Origin: Asterias rubens
Lineage: Eukaryota
Length of the DNA stretch: 64,000 bases
Direction of reading: 5' to 3'
Assembly (NCBI RefSeq): GCF_902459465.1
Contig: NC_047062.1
Location: 24,118,001 to 24,182,000 of the forward strand
Shown in pieces: positions 60,831 to 64,000 of the stretch (position 1 is the stretch's first letter; each line of letters starts with the position of its first letter). A program made the position numbers and the translations under genes. The notes beneath the pieces were generated by a model. The model was given only the letters and a program-made list of their open reading frames with translations, was not told where the DNA came from and did no database searches.

Positions 60831-63800
60831 TTAAAATTAGAGAGGAGTCATCATGCAGAGATCACCAAATGTGTAGATAAATAAACAATTGAAATATAAA
60901 AGTAGCATACTGTATATTTTAGGTATGTTGGTGATTGGGCGTAACAAGTATTTTTTATTTTATTAACCTACAGAAATACAACAATCAGTACGCTCAAAGT
61001 TGACTATGAGACCATAAATTTCTGTGATTATTAAATAAAATTTCCAAAAAAAGTGTGAGTTTTGAAGTACTGCACTGACACATTTCACAGAGCAGTTTCT
61101 TTTTATACATAATGTATTATCAGATTCCTATTATAAAGTGTTGTTATTACATGTATAGCAAATGTGATGGGTCTTTTTATTTTACAGGTACTGAATGTAG
61201 TTATATATTTTGTGTTTTGAATAATGTGAATAAGCTATGTTTGGGTTAATTGTGTGATTACTCTCTTAACATTGACCACAGGAATCAGAAACCTGATTTG
61301 GGCAGGATGTGGAAATTAAACATGGCGCTGTTTTATTTGGAGGTTTTCCAAGGTTCAACCTTGCGTTACCTTGAGTTAACGCTTGTTTAATTCTGCAGTT
61401 TGCCCCTTATCTGAATGTTTTTGTGACTTTACGTAATGGAATTTCTCAACCTTCCCAATTTTGGACCTGAATTTCGCGCTTCCATCATGTTTATTTCTTG
61501 TGTTGGGAGGGAATTTTTGCTTGTGCACATGCATACTCCATGCTTCTAGGCATTCTTTGCTATAAACAGCTAGTGCTGATATTTCGCGCTTTCATCGTCA
61601 ACGAAGAATGGTAATCGTAAGTTCAGACTTCTGCGGTATCAGAACCATTAACTTGTGCCCAGGTGAGCTTGCACTGACCCATAGGACGCCTAAATGCACA
61701 CTGCACAGTATATCACACATGGAAACAGACTCCCAAAATTGGCCATCAAAGACTTATTGCGATGATGAAGACAGGTTGGGTCAATAGATGAGCGTCCAAC
61801 ATGCCTCAATCCTGAAGATGGTTTCAAAGGACTCCGGAGGGGGGGGGGGGGGAGATCTTGGAAAATCTCAACATACGCAGTCACAAATTTATTCAGGAAC
61901 TCAGATTTTTAAATTTCTGTCTTCTCTGTAATTTGAGTCGCCCTAAATAGCTCTAATTAAAAAGCCATGTCAAATATCTGACGGGTGTCCGTTTTAGTTC
62001 AGCAATTTCGGCGCTAATTGTTTGTGTTGGATTATTCATGAATGGAACTGTAAATACAAAAGTTATATTTTAACCTTGAACTATACATTGACACAATAAG
62101 TACTAGTATGAATAGATGTTTGTTAGACTATATGTAATTATGTTGGGTTGGTAAACTGAAGTAATATCTACATTACCGGTAAGCTCACCCTAGACCAGTT
62201 TTTTTACCAGTTCTTGACAGACTTGCTAAAGTAGAATTTGTTTCTATGCAGACAACTTTCAATTATCAGCCAGTGATTTCTACATGTACATTGCTAAGTT
62301 GGAGTAGCATTTGCTTTGCTTCTTGGCATCTTAAACTTTGACCCAAACTTGGGGAGGGGGTAAGGTTGAAGGGTTTGATTTTGGAAGGGAACCATAAGTC
62401 ATTTCTGGCAATGCTGAGTACTCTACTTCAAAGTACAGTTATGAATATATAATTTCATGCTTTTAACATTATTTATGGAAATTTATGTGGCCGACAGCAA
62501 AGGAAACATGTACATGTACTGTTGTATGAGAAAGTTCAGAAATATATTTTTTTAAATGCAAGGGCATGTACCACTACTAGGAACATTTCTTTTCAGCAGT
62601 CGACATTGTTTTTCAAGTGTCACTTGTGAATGGTTTTATTCTGTACTCATGTTGAAGCCATTTTGGAGTCTTAACTGACTTTGAGTTGACAGCAAATGCT
62701 TCGTTTGACAATCCAAGTGTCATTGTCTGTTTATTACCTGCCATTTGTTTTTCATGCTTAAGCCGATGCCATATTATCTGCTTAGAAAAGTTATGGAACA
62801 ATGGATGGGGGTGAAACAAGGGCCCAATTTCATGGAGCTGCTTAAGCAGAAAAATATAGCTTAGCGAAACTAAGTAGGAAACCAGTTACATCTAGTACAT
62901 GTGAAATGGTATTTTTAGCTGGTAACCTCATTCTGGTAAGCACACTTCTTTTGTGTTTAGCATTTGTTTATGCTATAAGCAGTTCTATGAATTTGAGTCC
63001 AGGTTTTGAGATATCCACTTCTGCATTATACATGCAATCACATTAATTACCCTCTGCACTTAACATACGATACTCCATTTTATGTGAATCTACTTTTGCG
63101 TAAAGTCATGGCTTGGTTTTAATCAGACCGTGTCGAATGATCAGTTGTTAATCAGAACCGACTTGTTGTCAATTTCCCTTCATACAAATGTCATTCAAAA
63201 CCGCAAATAATGGTCTTTTGATTGCCGACTCAGTCTGGCAATGGTTAGTAATCGGTATGGGAACGGACTCCCTCAGTGCATATTAATAAACCTAATGGCT
63301 TACAGCAGTGCATACTTTACATCGGACCACATGATCTTCTATATTCAACGCACCTTTTGTATTCATTTATTTTAATGGTTTTGACTTTTAGATTAGCAAT
63401 TTGTAGCAAAGACGTTTATCGGTACGCATGATATTAGGATTTATCTTGGATACCCTAGTTGACAGTGCCAACAAAATGCCCCTTATGTTCCGTCTTGACC
63501 AGTGTATCATGTATTCTTTTAATGTTGTAATTGGGGCATACATGTACATATTATAAGCTCTGCCCAGTCATACATTAGCCAATCACAACCACATGCCTTG
63601 AATCAAACAACGGCACCACAGCAATTGCCGTAGTGCCCTGTGCTTTTGCTGTGGTGCCCTTTGCAAAGTTCCAATACAAATTAACCCTTTCCTCATAATA
63701 GTGCCTCTTACCCGAGGAAAACTACTGTGCCCCTTCAAGAACGAAGTTTAAGGCCTGCAACCACAAACACTTTAAAATGCGAGACAGTCCCCTGTTGGCA

Positions 63801-64000
63801 AAGACATTTTGAATTGAACATGAGTTTGAACCTGTGACCTACAGATTAATGTGCCAGTACTCTAACAACTGACCTACATGTATCTAGCCCTGTGTGTTCA
63901 CCCTAAAATTGAATTAAATTTACCCAGTTAGTTTTCCCTGTGGCTTAATGCTTGATAAAATCCTCATATGATGAAACTGCAGCAATTTTGGTTGCTATGT

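Overview
This is AT-rich, intron-rich animal genomic DNA, most likely from an echinoderm or another invertebrate deuterostome. That assignment is inferred from a BP10/SpAN-type astacin, the Numb sequence and the repeat content. Three protein-coding genes can be rebuilt by hand from phase-compatible GT-AG exons. (1) The 5' end of a minus-strand gene for a secreted CUB-domain protein (signal peptide, about 55-aa linker, then CUB; it runs off the left edge). (2) Divergent from it, a complete plus-strand astacin metalloprotease (signal, pro, astacin, EGF, CUB, CUB; 12 exons, 2975-12702, about 547 aa, with a possible 436-aa one-CUB isoform). (3) A complete plus-strand numb gene (putative non-coding exon ending at 14287; coding 21396-59571, about 706 aa) with candidate alternative 5' exons and two frame-symmetric exons. 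The introns are crowded with non-autonomous DNA transposons (TTAA-flanked Kolobok-like MITE families and CWG-flanked Harbinger-like palindromic MITEs), tRNA-derived SINEs, L2-type LINE 3' ends and tandem repeats. The most unusual observations are: a 31-bp minisatellite built from a transposon end/target junction; a MITE flanked by an 81-bp direct duplication; a position-conserved but sequence-variable internal hairpin across MITE subfamilies; repeated reuse of shared TTAA sites; an orientation switch of MITEs around three numb exons; and TACATGTA enrichment that starts abruptly at the numb 5' end. I found no CRISPR array, rRNA, intact tRNA or autonomous transposase. All coordinates and counts come from manual reading.
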